The translations under genes were made by a program, and so were the position numbers. Below the pieces are notes generated by a model. The model was not told the DNA's origin, ran no database searches, and saw nothing but the letters and a program-made list of their open reading frames with translations. 64,000 bases of DNA from Dimorphilus gyrociliatus (Eukaryota; Animalia; Annelida), in the NCBI GenBank assembly GCA_904063045.1, contig CAJFCJ010000009.1:600942-664941 (forward strand), given 5' to 3'. The first letter of the stretch is position 1, and each line of letters begins with the position of its first letter. This document shows, piece by piece, positions 1 through 14,700 of the stretch.

Positions 1-2397
<2,397 letters not shown>

Positions 2398-3400
2398 GTC
2401 GTGCGGAATGAGGAAAGATCTAACGTCAATGCTGCATAATGAAATTTAGACGAAATTAAATTAGAGCGTTTGATAGAATTTTCGCGGCGGGACGGCTTTA
2501 TAAATATATAACAAGTGTAAAAAAATATATTTACCTTTCTTCGGATCACCGAGTTCGGAAGTCGAAAAGCGCGCGGAAGGCGTCACGCGGAGCGGCGTTA
2601 CTTATGAACGTCTCTCTCTCCTCCCTCCGTCTGCCAATCAGCTGCTAGAATGCGGCGTTGAGCATTAATTATTCATGATAATGCGCTCATTGGTGGCCGC
2701 TTCATTTGTTCTACAGCGTTAAACGAATTTGCCTTCGCGCCCGTTTATTTCTGATTTCCAACATTTAATTTAATAATAATTTCTTCAGGGCGGAACAATG
2801 GCCGACAAATGAATACATTCTACGCGAAATTTTCCCGCCCTAATCGAATGTCGATAGCTTCCGGCCAATGCTATATTCCGATTTTTTGGATGGTGGCATT
2901 TTACATAGCAAAGCAATACAATTACTTTATACGTATTCAATTAGAATTGCTTTGTCCATCGTTCAATCAAATTTAGCGATGCTTTTGGGACAATTTTTTT
3001 TCCATAATAGCTTGACCTTTGTTTGGCGAATATTATTCGCGCGTTTGTCGATAGAAAAAGCCGTCTCTATTATTTGTTAGGCGAGCAAACGACGCGATTA
3101 ACCTAATTGCGTTATTAAGTCGTCTAATTAGTTTTTTCTTAGTATAGATGGCGGCAGCATCTACAAATGTATTGATTAAAACAACAAGATTCTCTTCCAT
3201 TAAAATTTTTATCACCGGTCGTTATGAACTAAAGAAACAACAATTAGTATACGTTAAAAATAAAATAAAAAAGAGCATCTTTATACTTAATTAAATGAGT
3301 CTATATATATAAATTCTTCTGTACAAATACAAAATTAAAAAGTCAGGGAAAATAAACAACTACGGACGAATTATCTATTCGAGCACTTCCTTATTTGCTT

Positions 3401-6400
3401 TCAGAACTGCTGACCAAATTGCTTTAGATAGTGCTGGCAATTAGAGCAGTAATTATACTTAGGTGAAACATCAGCGTTCTTACACAATGCACATTGAACA
3501 GCAGTACTAAACGGTGTACAAGGCCTCTTCTCACGGCTATGAGCCACTAATTTGTGCACGTAGTTCATATAATCAATTTGCTGCGTCGGTGATTCGACTT
3601 GTTCCATAAAATCACCGTTTTTCGCAGCAATTAACACTACCTCTTCGCTAAATCGCACATTTTTATTGTGATGGTGGTTATGATGATGGTGATGATGGCG
3701 TTTTCGCCTGCTTAACGCAGATTTAAGTGGAGATCGTATAATCTTAGTTGGTGTACAACCGTCGCTCGGACAGGTGGCGTTACTGCTTAAAGACGTCGTA
3801 TCGCTTGTGTCGTCGCTAAAATGATCCAACAAGTTCGTGTCGTTTGGCACAGGAAATCCATTATTAACTATCAATGTCTCCGAACGCTGCTTATTCAAGA
3901 AATTTTTATAGGTTTCACCTTGTTTCGGTAATGTACCGTAAACGTTAGATGATGGTGCATCTTCTGCAGCGTCGAGAGCATCTAGCGACGACAGGCTCGG
4001 TCCCCTACTATGAGGTGTAAGAGTACTAGATGAACTACTCTGTCGAACATGGCTGGGGGACGGACTTCTCCTTTGTTCCAATTTTATACCTAACGAATTT
4101 GACCTAATTATACAAGTTGTTTGTCTATTTTCTAAAGGAATTAAATATTGTCTTTCAAGGTGTCCGAACTTTTGCAAAACTCTCTGACATTCTGTCAATG
4201 CTTCATTGCAAAATGTAAGAGCCCTACTCGTATCACCATGATTTTCCGCATCATTCGATTTTGTCAACAATTCGTCTATGGGAGCGCATGCGTCGCTAAC
4301 TTCATCCGTGTTGCTCAAAGTAACATTAGATAAAAGAGAATCGGTCGACGATGCTAATGAGTGCCGGGCCGTTTGTAAATTCATTTTTGCTATGTGTTGT
4401 CGGACATTCTCTACAAGATTCCGTCTAGATTCTTCATTGGTCGTTGATGATGAATTTGACGATCTATTTGAACTACAATTAGAAGAGTCTGTTCTATACC
4501 CAGAAGTTGAGCTGTTATCATCAGCACTATCACATTCGCTTTTTCTTCTGCCTATTCCAACTGCATCTAAAACTTTTTGAACGTTTGCCTTTGCTATATA
4601 ACTATCTACTTCGTCTCCATTTTCCGACGAAAATTCCCGAACCCAATTTGACTTAAAGGCAAAGGGTTCGTTACGCTTTTCTACAGCCTCAATAAAGCTC
4701 GGTTGACGTATGTGGCGGCCTTTAATGGTCGGTTTAGGTTTTATATCAGGTTTTGGCATAGCTTTTTCAATTTCTGTGGAAAGAAAATTAGCAATTGAAA
4801 GTTCTGAATAGATGGGAGGGCACATATTATGTTTCGAATACTCACTAGATGGCGTATTAACAACGGTGGTAAGGGACGGAGCCTTGGAGACATCTAGCGG
4901 TGAAGCGTTGGGATTTGCGTAAATGAGTAGGAGTGGTTGAAATTGTTCTTTTATGCACTTTGTGAGAACTTCGTCAAAATTATCGCCTATTTCGACAACG
5001 TTTGCATCGTCAATGTGAACCCACTTCGATGTGCTCGTATGCAAACAAAAAGATGTGTAATGTTTGCCGTAATAGCAGACAATACCGACTAATCGAAGGT
5101 TATTATTAAATGGAGAATCAATTTCTTGAAATAAATGAGCAAGATGAATACTCTCGCTTAAACGACGTAAAACTTCCGATATATAGCGTTGTTCTGGTCT
5201 ATCAGTATCCCATACGAAGCCGACACCAACAATGTCCGGTGAATTCAGCAACTTCCTCCGTAAATAAGCTGTTCCGCCGCATTGTACCGGGCATTGACGA
5301 CTATCACCGTAACTTATAGCTTCTCTAAAGCTTAGACCAAATTTGTCGGTGGCCGATTGCTTAACAAGAGCGTTCGTAGGAACATAAGCAATCAATTGTT
5401 GGAATGAGTGCCCCACTTCCCTTTTGCCACACCTTCGACATACCACGTCTACGGACACTTTCATGGAAAATTTAGCGTGTGGAATGCAATGGCCCTCTTT
5501 GCAATCATCTTCATTCCTCCCACGATCTCCCGTTACGTGTTCATGCAATCGTTGTAAAATGTTTTCCTGAAATAAATTACGCGCTCTTGAATAATAATGA
5601 TGATGATTCATCGATTGAAAACGCAAACGCCACTACGAAAAATATGGGGCCAAAAACGAATCATTGAAAGAATGCAGGTGCAATTCAATCACGTGACTAA
5701 AAATCCCGTCGGCCAATCGCGAATTGTTCAAGTGACGCGGAACGGAGTTGGCGGCTGGCCAAACGAATTATAAAAACAACACTCACGAATACTTCAACGG
5801 CGTCGTGTTGCTGCCCGAAATCAAATTGATTCCCGAAGCCGTTAGCAAGCGCTTTCCTGTATGGAAATTTTTTGTTATTCAGTATATTTGGGATGTAAAC
5901 AATAGAATAGAACAATTGCATAAATCCTCGAAGTCAATCACGCCATCTGGCGGAGGAGAGAAAGTAATACAACTTGTTCCATTCCATTTCTTATCAAAAG
6001 AAAGATAAATAAAGCGCCTTGTAAGGAGGGGGAAGCGCCAAAAGAAATCGAAAAATCTTATATGAATTACTAACCGGAGGACATCCGCCTGTAGACAATT
6101 CCGATCGCTATATTGTAGTTGAGTAAACAAGGCCTGAAGAGAAAATTCGGTGATTATTTACACAAATGTAGAAAAAGAAGTCGTAGCAGGTATTTACCTT
6201 TAAGGCACAAAATATACAGGAATTAGTATGACATTCATGACCGCTTAGTTGTCTGAAGCAGCGTCTAAAGGCATCAGTATGCCATAAAACCTGAAAAATA
6301 AATCACAGTCTTCATTTTCTCGAATAAAAACATTAATTCAGTCGGCATGCTTTATCTCTTGTTAGCTGATAAGCTCCCGCTGTTTATAACAGGTGCATGG

Positions 6401-6985
6401 AATTTTTCGCTTCTATGTAAGAAGCTCCCTGTCGGCTACCTTATAAACAAATTGTTTAATTTGTTAACCGCATCAAAAGAGATACCAAAGTTTAATTGAT
6501 TTATCCCAGAATTCTTGTAAACTTTAAAGATTTAATTGTTCAAGTGCTTGTAAACATTTAAAATATTCACATTGAACATTTTTTTCTCCCCAGGAGAATA
6601 AACTTATAGCCAATTAACGCTTTGTGTTAATTTATAATTATTTCCAACCGATTAAACTTTCTATTAATAGCGATTATCTATTATTCAAGCTCTTTTTTTT
6701 ATAAAAAAAAATACGATATACGTTCTACGCATTCATAGAATATTTTACTATACTTTGTGTAATAAAACTCTTAATTGATAAAGTATCTAAACAGAGAGCG
6801 ATGACAAACTGTAAAGTCCGACTCGTCATCGATTTACTGTCATAATTTACCCGTTTTTTATTTCATACCTGGACGGCGCTATTCAAAAAGCAATTATTGT
6901 CTCCGGGAGCGTTTCGAAGGCCTTTCGTCCCCATAAAACTCATCGATAGACTGTGATTGTTCGAGACGCCTCTTACGAACGCCAT
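3401..6985 (-). CDS. USP53/54: USP53/USP54-family (echinus-like) ubiquitin-specific protease, about 834 aa. Exons 6985-6869, 6290-6198, 6133-6075, 5856-5787, 5566-3401
   Basis: Cys box [22 protein letters not shown], then [27 protein letters not shown], His box [12 protein letters not shown] and [10 protein letters not shown], ending [11 protein letters not shown], as in USP53/54. Followed by a long Ser-rich tail. Splice phases are consistent. Confidence 0.88.
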
Positions 6986-7514
6986 TTTCCGAAGCACGTC
7001 ACCTGTACATTAATAAATCATCAATAAAATCAACCCGTCAATATATTGGCAAGTTTAGACAATAAACGTGCCATATTATTTTCGCGAATACGAGAATACG
7101 TTTCAAGAGCGTTTACAACACCTGTGGCCGTCCCCTTTTTCTACCACAGACTTGGTTGACATATTTGCAGTTTTATTCTATACTTGACGAAAGCTTTAGG
7201 TCAACTCAATAACCCTCTTACGTTTTTAAGTAAAATAAAAAAAAACGCTTACACTACTTTTAACGAAATTTGGCAAAGGGCCAAGTGTACACCTTCGCCA
7301 TATACACACCTGACAGGGCAAAACTTCTCGTAGCACCTTGACTAAATGGAGTAGCTCATTTCTTGAAATCCTTCTCAGTTTTAATCCTTTTAACTCCTTC
7401 AATTAATTGATTAATTAATAAGTTAACAATCACAACTAATTTATCCGAAATTGCGTCCTTTCTAGCCAAAATATTGTCAAAATTCCTCAATCAACACACC
7501 GTTCGACACAAAAC

Positions 7515-7528
7515 GTGCGCATGCGCAC
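7515..7528. promoter_or_regulatory. NRF1-type palindrome GTGCGCATGCGCAC upstream of the USP53/54-like gene
   Basis: Perfect palindrome containing GCGCATGCGC, about 530 bp upstream of the ATG and next to two CTCF-like motifs (7546-7558, 7571-7584). Motif match only. Confidence 0.4.
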
Positions 7529-8762
7529 TCTTTCAGGTATGAAAACACGCCATCTATGAATTGCTTGTTCAGCGACACCTGGCGAGCGGAAATGTTTAAC
7601 TAGCGAATCTAAAATTGTATGTAAAGGATAATACAAGCCTTAGGAAGACAAATACAATCGTTTGCCTCCCTTGTTTTACATATATTTACAATTTTTATCA
7701 TAGGCTTAGACCAAAACTACGACGTGAAAAGACTCAAAAAAGTTTTTGAAAGGTTTTTTTGTTTGCATTCTTTTTTATGCTGTCGATCAAAATCCATAAA
7801 TTACTTCAACGATACAACGAGAAAGTGACCCCATTCACGACCTTTTTATTGATTCCTTAGTGATTTTCAATGGTCCTTTTAGGCAGTCGACGACATCTTC
7901 ATATTGTATTAATTATATTGGCATATTTAGGTGATTTCAATAAATAAAAAGTTCACCTCTCAAAGGTTTTCTTTACGCCCAATTTCTATTAAAAACTGAT
8001 AATGGACTATTCCCTAAAAAGATAAGCCGCTATTTAATATAGGCTAGATTACTTATTACTGATCCAAAAATTCGGTCTCCAACCAGTTTAGCATGCTGTC
8101 TTTTAACTTATTCATTTAAATTTATCCTATTGAGAATTGTTATATCCCCTTATTTCTTCTAGGAGAATGGACTCAATTTATTAATTATTTAAAATAAAGC
8201 TCTCTTTTTTTCGTTCATGTACCAACCACTGAGCTTTTATTCTAATGACAGCAATATTCACAATTCATTTTATAATCTTTATTAATAATTTATATCCTTT
8301 GTAATATGCTCTATTCTTTGAAATAAAAAAAACAACAAGGAATAAATTTATACAATAAAGATTCAATACTTTTAAAATGCTAGTGTTTAAGTTAAGCTTT
8401 TTAGAGAATTATTTCTTTTTTTTTTTTCAATGGAAAAACCGTTATAGACGTCAGAAAGTAACGCTAAACGTCGGTTATCAGGCAACGAAACAATCCAACC
8501 CCGTTTTTTGTTTGTTTATTGGCAATCGTTAGACTTTTTAATTCTCTTCGATAGCTTGCATGGAGAAGTGGGAATAGGAATACGCCTTCTGGCGGATGTC
8601 GAATCTTCTCTAATATTTACATAATTTGACACAAAAATAGAATGTATTAAAGAAATGAAATAAACAGCTAAAAAATATTCAAGTATAAAGAGTAAATCTA
8701 ACCTTAAATATACGTTTATGCAAATATGTATAAGTATATAAACATAGATATGTATTTTATGT

Positions 8763-11700
8763 TTATGAAACGTTAGATTCTTGCCTTTCATCGACAACTG
8801 TTGAATTGGTTTTGACTGACAAATAATCATTTTCTACATCTTCTTCCGTAGCATCTCCTTGCAAAGCCAAAAACTTTTTGGCGACTAATTTCCAATCTAC
8901 AACTTGTTCGATTCGTGGGGGACCATGAGTGCCCTTTGTTCCGCCCGCAGCTAAAAAGCCACCCCCGCCTTCAGGCGCAACCTGAGTGTTACGTCTCATC
9001 GCCCATCCCCCACTATGTACCATTTCAAGACTTCTGGCGTCGCTTCCGCCATCGACATCCTCTTCTTCGTCAATAAACTGTTGCGCTGAAGAGGAACAGA
9101 CTTTACTTCTATGCTTGCATAGCACTCTAAGATATGTGTATAGTTTTGTGAAGAGGTTTAAAGGAGACGGCGTTGCACTCGTCTTATTCATATTTCGGAA
9201 GAGTTTTGCCCTACCAAATTTCCATTCAGTATCTGATTGAGCTTGGATTCTTTGATATGTATCCGACATCATAGCGATAAGTAAATTAATTAGAACGATA
9301 ATAGTGACAATCTGGTATATACCAAATACAGCTTTGGCTAACGTAATTGTCCATATTGGATTTCTATGGACGGGTGGAAGATTTTCTGGTTCAACAAGAC
9401 CAAATAAAGCAAAAAATAAAAGCTCAAAAGTTTTAAAAACATTATCAGTAGATGCTCCTCCTGCTCCAGTTCCATCACCTAATTGGGCGTTGGTGGCTGG
9501 TTCTGCCGTAACCGGTTGATAGATGGCACTCATGAGTAGGGTAAAGCCCATCATAAATATAAGTAATATTACAAGAAATCTTGTCAAATCTTTCATCAAA
9601 TCTCGAATAATGATGGCCCAAGGACCGAATAAATGATGGAATGATAGAAAATCTAGGAGTTGAGCGAAACACAAAAGCAGAGAGAAGCCAAAGAATTGAT
9701 TGCGTGCGTAAATACATTGCAGTCGTTGATCGCCGGAAAAGGCGGCTCCCAGAATATGTACCGCAACGCCTATCGAGCAAATACCGATAATTAATACGCG
9801 AATCCAACCTAAGCCAGCCCTATCGCCTGGATTAGTAAGTTCCGAAACGAGTAAACCCGATAGCCAAGCTAAAAGTAGCCATTCATGCCAGTTCGGTATT
9901 AGGGAACCCGATTTCCAGATTGGAACCAAAGGATTTACAGCAACCAAATAGAAAAGTATAATCAAATAGAAATGGGATACAAGATAACTCATAAACTTGA
10001 TAACCGGTATCTTATTCAAGCTATGTTTAATGGGTAATGAGAAGACAAGCCAAACAGGAGGAAGCATAAGGAGGCTGGCAAAAAGTAAAAGCATTTTCCA
10101 GCTGGACCATTCGCTTAATTTACCCATCCAAACTTCCGTCAGATGTTTCTGAACAGCAGCGTGCGACATAACTTCTTTTTGTTCACATTCAATGAGAACA
10201 TCTAAAAAAGGCATGCCCCTTTCATCAACGGCCTTTAAAATCAATCCGGCTGACGACACACTGGCTGCTATGGCGTTCAATTCGGTTGCCATAGCTTCGC
10301 AAAAATCACCGACAGCTAATAAATCTTTCGCTCTCTCTTTTTCCTTTGTCGCCAGAACACGGAAGTTTCTCGATAATTTGACGGCAGTATCGACAGGTGC
10401 CTGGGAAACTAGAACGAATTCTTGTATCGACTTATTGTCGTTAAGCTTGCCCACAACCATGAGATCGAAAACAAATTTGTTGTCGTCCATCAAAGTACTT
10501 GTGTTGTGTTCTTTTTTTAATAAGTAGCTGAGAACTTCGGCATGGTTCATTGATGCCGCATAACAAAGAGCTACTTTTCCATCTTTGGTTTCGTATGTCG
10601 GGCCGGCTCCAGCTTCAATTAAAAGTTTAACAACGTCTATATGACCTGCCTTCGAGCAAAAATGTAGGGCCGTCCAACCGTTCTTATCATACGAATTAAT
10701 ATCTGCTCCTTGACCCAGTAAAAGTGAAACCATATCAATATGCCCATTAGCTGCCGCAAGATGGAGTCCCGTCCTACCCTTTTTATCCTTTACATGCAAT
10801 TGGCTTGTAGACTTACTTAATAAAAGAGAAACAACTGCTGTATGACCAGACTGAGCGGCTAGATGAAGGGCCAATGATCCATGAAGATTTGTTGGTACGT
10901 CTGCAACGACTCCTGGTGAATTAAGAAGGAGTCTGACAAGACCTTCATGACCAGACTGAGCCGCTAAATGCAACGGAGTAAAACCAGATTCATTTTGTAT
11001 CGTTTCCGTATCAACTGATTCACTTCGTAGCGTTGCCGGAACTTTATTTAACATTTCGCGGACAAAGTCTATTTGACCGTAATGGGCAGCGACATGCAAT
11101 GCAGTTAAACCGGATTTTGTACTCGATACCTATCAAATAAATACACTTTACAGCAGATTTCAATTTAATTTAAACGCTCTCTTCTTACTTTGACAGACAT
11201 TTTTTTTTTTAGTTCATCTAGAACTTGAGTGTGTCCGTGTTTTGCAGCAAGATGAATTGCTGTCATTCCCTCCTTTAGAAAAAAAAAGTATTGGAAAAAT
11301 TATTTTTAGCAAATATCCCTCATTTTTTTCTTTATATTTTAACTCTCAAACGTACGCTATTCTCATCCACAGGGGAGGCACCCGCATCAATTAATGTTCT
11401 TACAACAGCCGAATGTCCACCAGCAGCCGCCAGATGGAGTGTTGTAGAATCACTTGTCTGTTTTTTTAAAAAAAAAAAGAAATGAGTAAGAGAAGAGATT
11501 ATGTAACGGATGAATGAAAAATTCAATAGAGAAAATATTTACCCTATTTCTGGCTGTTGTTACAACGATCTTGTTAAATCTCATCAATTCCCTTATAACT
11601 GCGACACTCCCTTTAGATGCGGCAATATGAGCGCAAGTCATACCATTCTGAAATCAATTTTTTTTTCAGTATTAGAAATCAATTTACATTAATAGAATCC

Positions 11701-14700
11701 CTCTTTCTTCCTTTCTTTTTATATACAGACTATAATAGCCTTACCTCGTCCTGAAATTCAAAACAAAAATGGGAAAAATTATTAGTAATGCCTTTGTTTT
11801 GCTTAGTCAATTACTTACAGTATTAGCCATTCCTACCAACTCTGGTCGATGTTTTAGAAACAATTTAACTACATTTGAATGGTCATTTTCTGCTGCCAAG
11901 TGTAATGGAGTTTGTCCGTGCTAATTAAAAATAATTTAAAACTAATTATTAGATTTTTAATGTTAATCTTACCGCATCTGTAGCACTAGCGTCACTTTTC
12001 ATCTTTAATAAAGTATTACAAACTTCCATTTGACCATTTTGAGCAGCCATATGTAATGGAGTTTGTTTCGCCTATAATAATAAGTAATAAAGTCACTTTT
12101 ACCTTTTTAAGCTTTTAAAACGAGGCCTCTCAAAAAACAAAACTCTTTCATAACTCTTACCAAACTTAGAGCATCGATACTAGCCGAATGATTTTCAATA
12201 AGTAGTTTAACAAGAGCATTGTAACCGTTTTGCGCTGCCAAATGCAAAGGTGTTACACCCAATTTTGATTTTGCGTTAACGAATGCCTTATGTTGGAGTA
12301 GAAGATCGGCAACTTTAGCATGACCATGCTCGGCTGATAAATGCAACGCTGCTTTCCCGTGCTGATAGAGTGAATAACAGTTGGATAGATAGTCTTTTGA
12401 TAAAAGTTATATATTATCTTACTTCGTCAAATACGTCAACTCTTGCATGATTCTTTAATAGAATTTTTAATATTTCTAAATGCCCGTTTTCGCTTGCTAC
12501 TAGCAGAGGTGACCAACCATTCTATTTTGATAAAATTCATACATATTCATTAATGAACTCGGTCGTTTATAAAATCTATATTAGCTGTTTTACCTTGGCT
12601 TGTTTATTCACTGCTACTTGAACCTTTCCCGGTCCAATGTGTTTAACTATTTCCAGCAGTACGTCATCATTTCCCGCTCTAGCACAATAGTGCAAAGGCG
12701 TCTCTTGAGTCTAAAACATATATTTATTTGACTTTCTGTTTCTAATAATAGAAATATAAAAACCAATTTTGTATGTATATTTGTATCTCCATCGTATTCA
12801 AGCAGAGTTTTAATAAGATCAATATCCTCGAATTCACGATGAAGTTTCTCTTTCTTAATTTCAGCTGCATAGTGAACTGCTGTTTCTCCTTCCTTTATTA
12901 AATTATTCATAGATATAGTATTGAAAAAAATAACTAAGTGTAAAATTAATTGATAATTTGCATGAGTAACATTTCAGACTTCAATATAAAAAACAATGAT
13001 TTAAATTGTTTTGTACTCACCGCATTTTGAGTGTTTGTCAACACGACTGCATCGAATCGACTTTTTTCTTTTTCAATAAATTTGAGTAGGGCATTAGCCA
13101 CAGGCCAGCAGCAATAGCGAACAGAAATATGAAGGGGTGTTTCACCTGCCTTTGATTGCCATGTTGGATCCGCTCCTTCGGCTAGCAGAGCTTTGCACAT
13201 ATTTAGTTGACCGTAGCGAGCAGATATGTGTAATGCCGTCTCACCATTCTGTAAGAAGAGAAACTCTTTGTTTAATATATTTGTAGACGGTTCTAAATTG
13301 TCGTTCTACCTCTTGAGTGGCATTGACATCAGCTCCGCTTTTTAGCAGTAATTCGGCGCATCTTTCACCCCCTTGAACTCTTGAAGCAATATGTAGTGGT
13401 GTTTCCTTTATTTTACCTCCCTTTATTTCTACTGGTGCTCCCATACCTAATAACGTTTGAACAACTAAAGGTTTGCAGTGCTCTACAGCAACGTGTAAGG
13501 CTGTGTATTTATCTTTTGTAGTCGCATCTACTGACGCTCCCTTAGTTAATAAGGCCTTAATTACAGAGTTATGGCCTCTCATGGCTGCTGCATGTAAGCA
13601 AAGTGCTCCACCCTTATTAGGCATGTGCAAAGGCACACCTTTCCTTAGAAATGTCATTGCCGTATCTGGATGTCCAAACTGAGAAGCAACATGCATTAAA
13701 GTTGAGCCATCCTTCGTTCGAGCGTTAATATCAGCTCTATACTTATCGATAAGTATATCGACAATAGTTGTATGACCTTTCTCAGCAGCAAGATGAAGTG
13801 GTGTTCTATCGAACTGATCCGTTAAATTAGGATTTGGTTTATATTGGACAAGGTATTTGACAACGGTTTCGTCGCCTTCCCAGCTTGATATATGCAAAGG
13901 TGTATGGCCGTCAGTCTATGTTTCACGATAGATATTAATTAAAATGAAATAAATAAGCATGTAAATAAAAAGCTTACATTTTGCGCGTCTAATTGAGCTC
14001 CATTTTCGACAAACGCCTTGACCATATCGGACTCTTTTTTTCTGCATGCTACGTGTAATATTGTGTCACCGGTATCTCTCTTTCTTGATGATAATTGCTC
14101 TTCTGGGAAACTTAAGAGTAATTCCCTACAAACCGATACATTACCCGCTTCTGCGGCTAACATCATTGGCAAGCAACCATCCTATATAAATAGACCTAAA
14201 TTATAAATGCGTTCGAAGCTATTTATTAAAAGTTTCTTTACTTTATCCTCAATCAACCTGGATTCCTTGGCGGCGTTCTTCAATAGAAGTTGAACTATGG
14301 CGACGACGCCAATAGATCTTGAACAAGCCATATGTAAAGGTAGTTGTTCTTTGGCCTATTGTGTTTGCAGATGCATTAAACTTTATCGAACTATTTCCCT
14401 TTTTTTTTTTTCATTTTTTACACAAATAAGAATGAATGAAAATCAAAAAAAACTGTTCAATAGTTTACGTACACCATCACGAGAATTTGCATCAGCTTTA
14501 CGATTTAGTAATGCTCTAACCATATCATCCTTGCAGTAGGAAGCAGCAAAATGGAGAGCCGTTTTAGCGTCCTATTCATAGTGAGAGGGAAAGAGAGGTT
14601 TAAAATCGATCATTAATCAATAAATTGAAAATAAAAAAAAAGTCGAGAAAGGTAGAAAAGAAGAACGATCGTTTCGCTAAAAGCGTCGAGCCCACCGATT

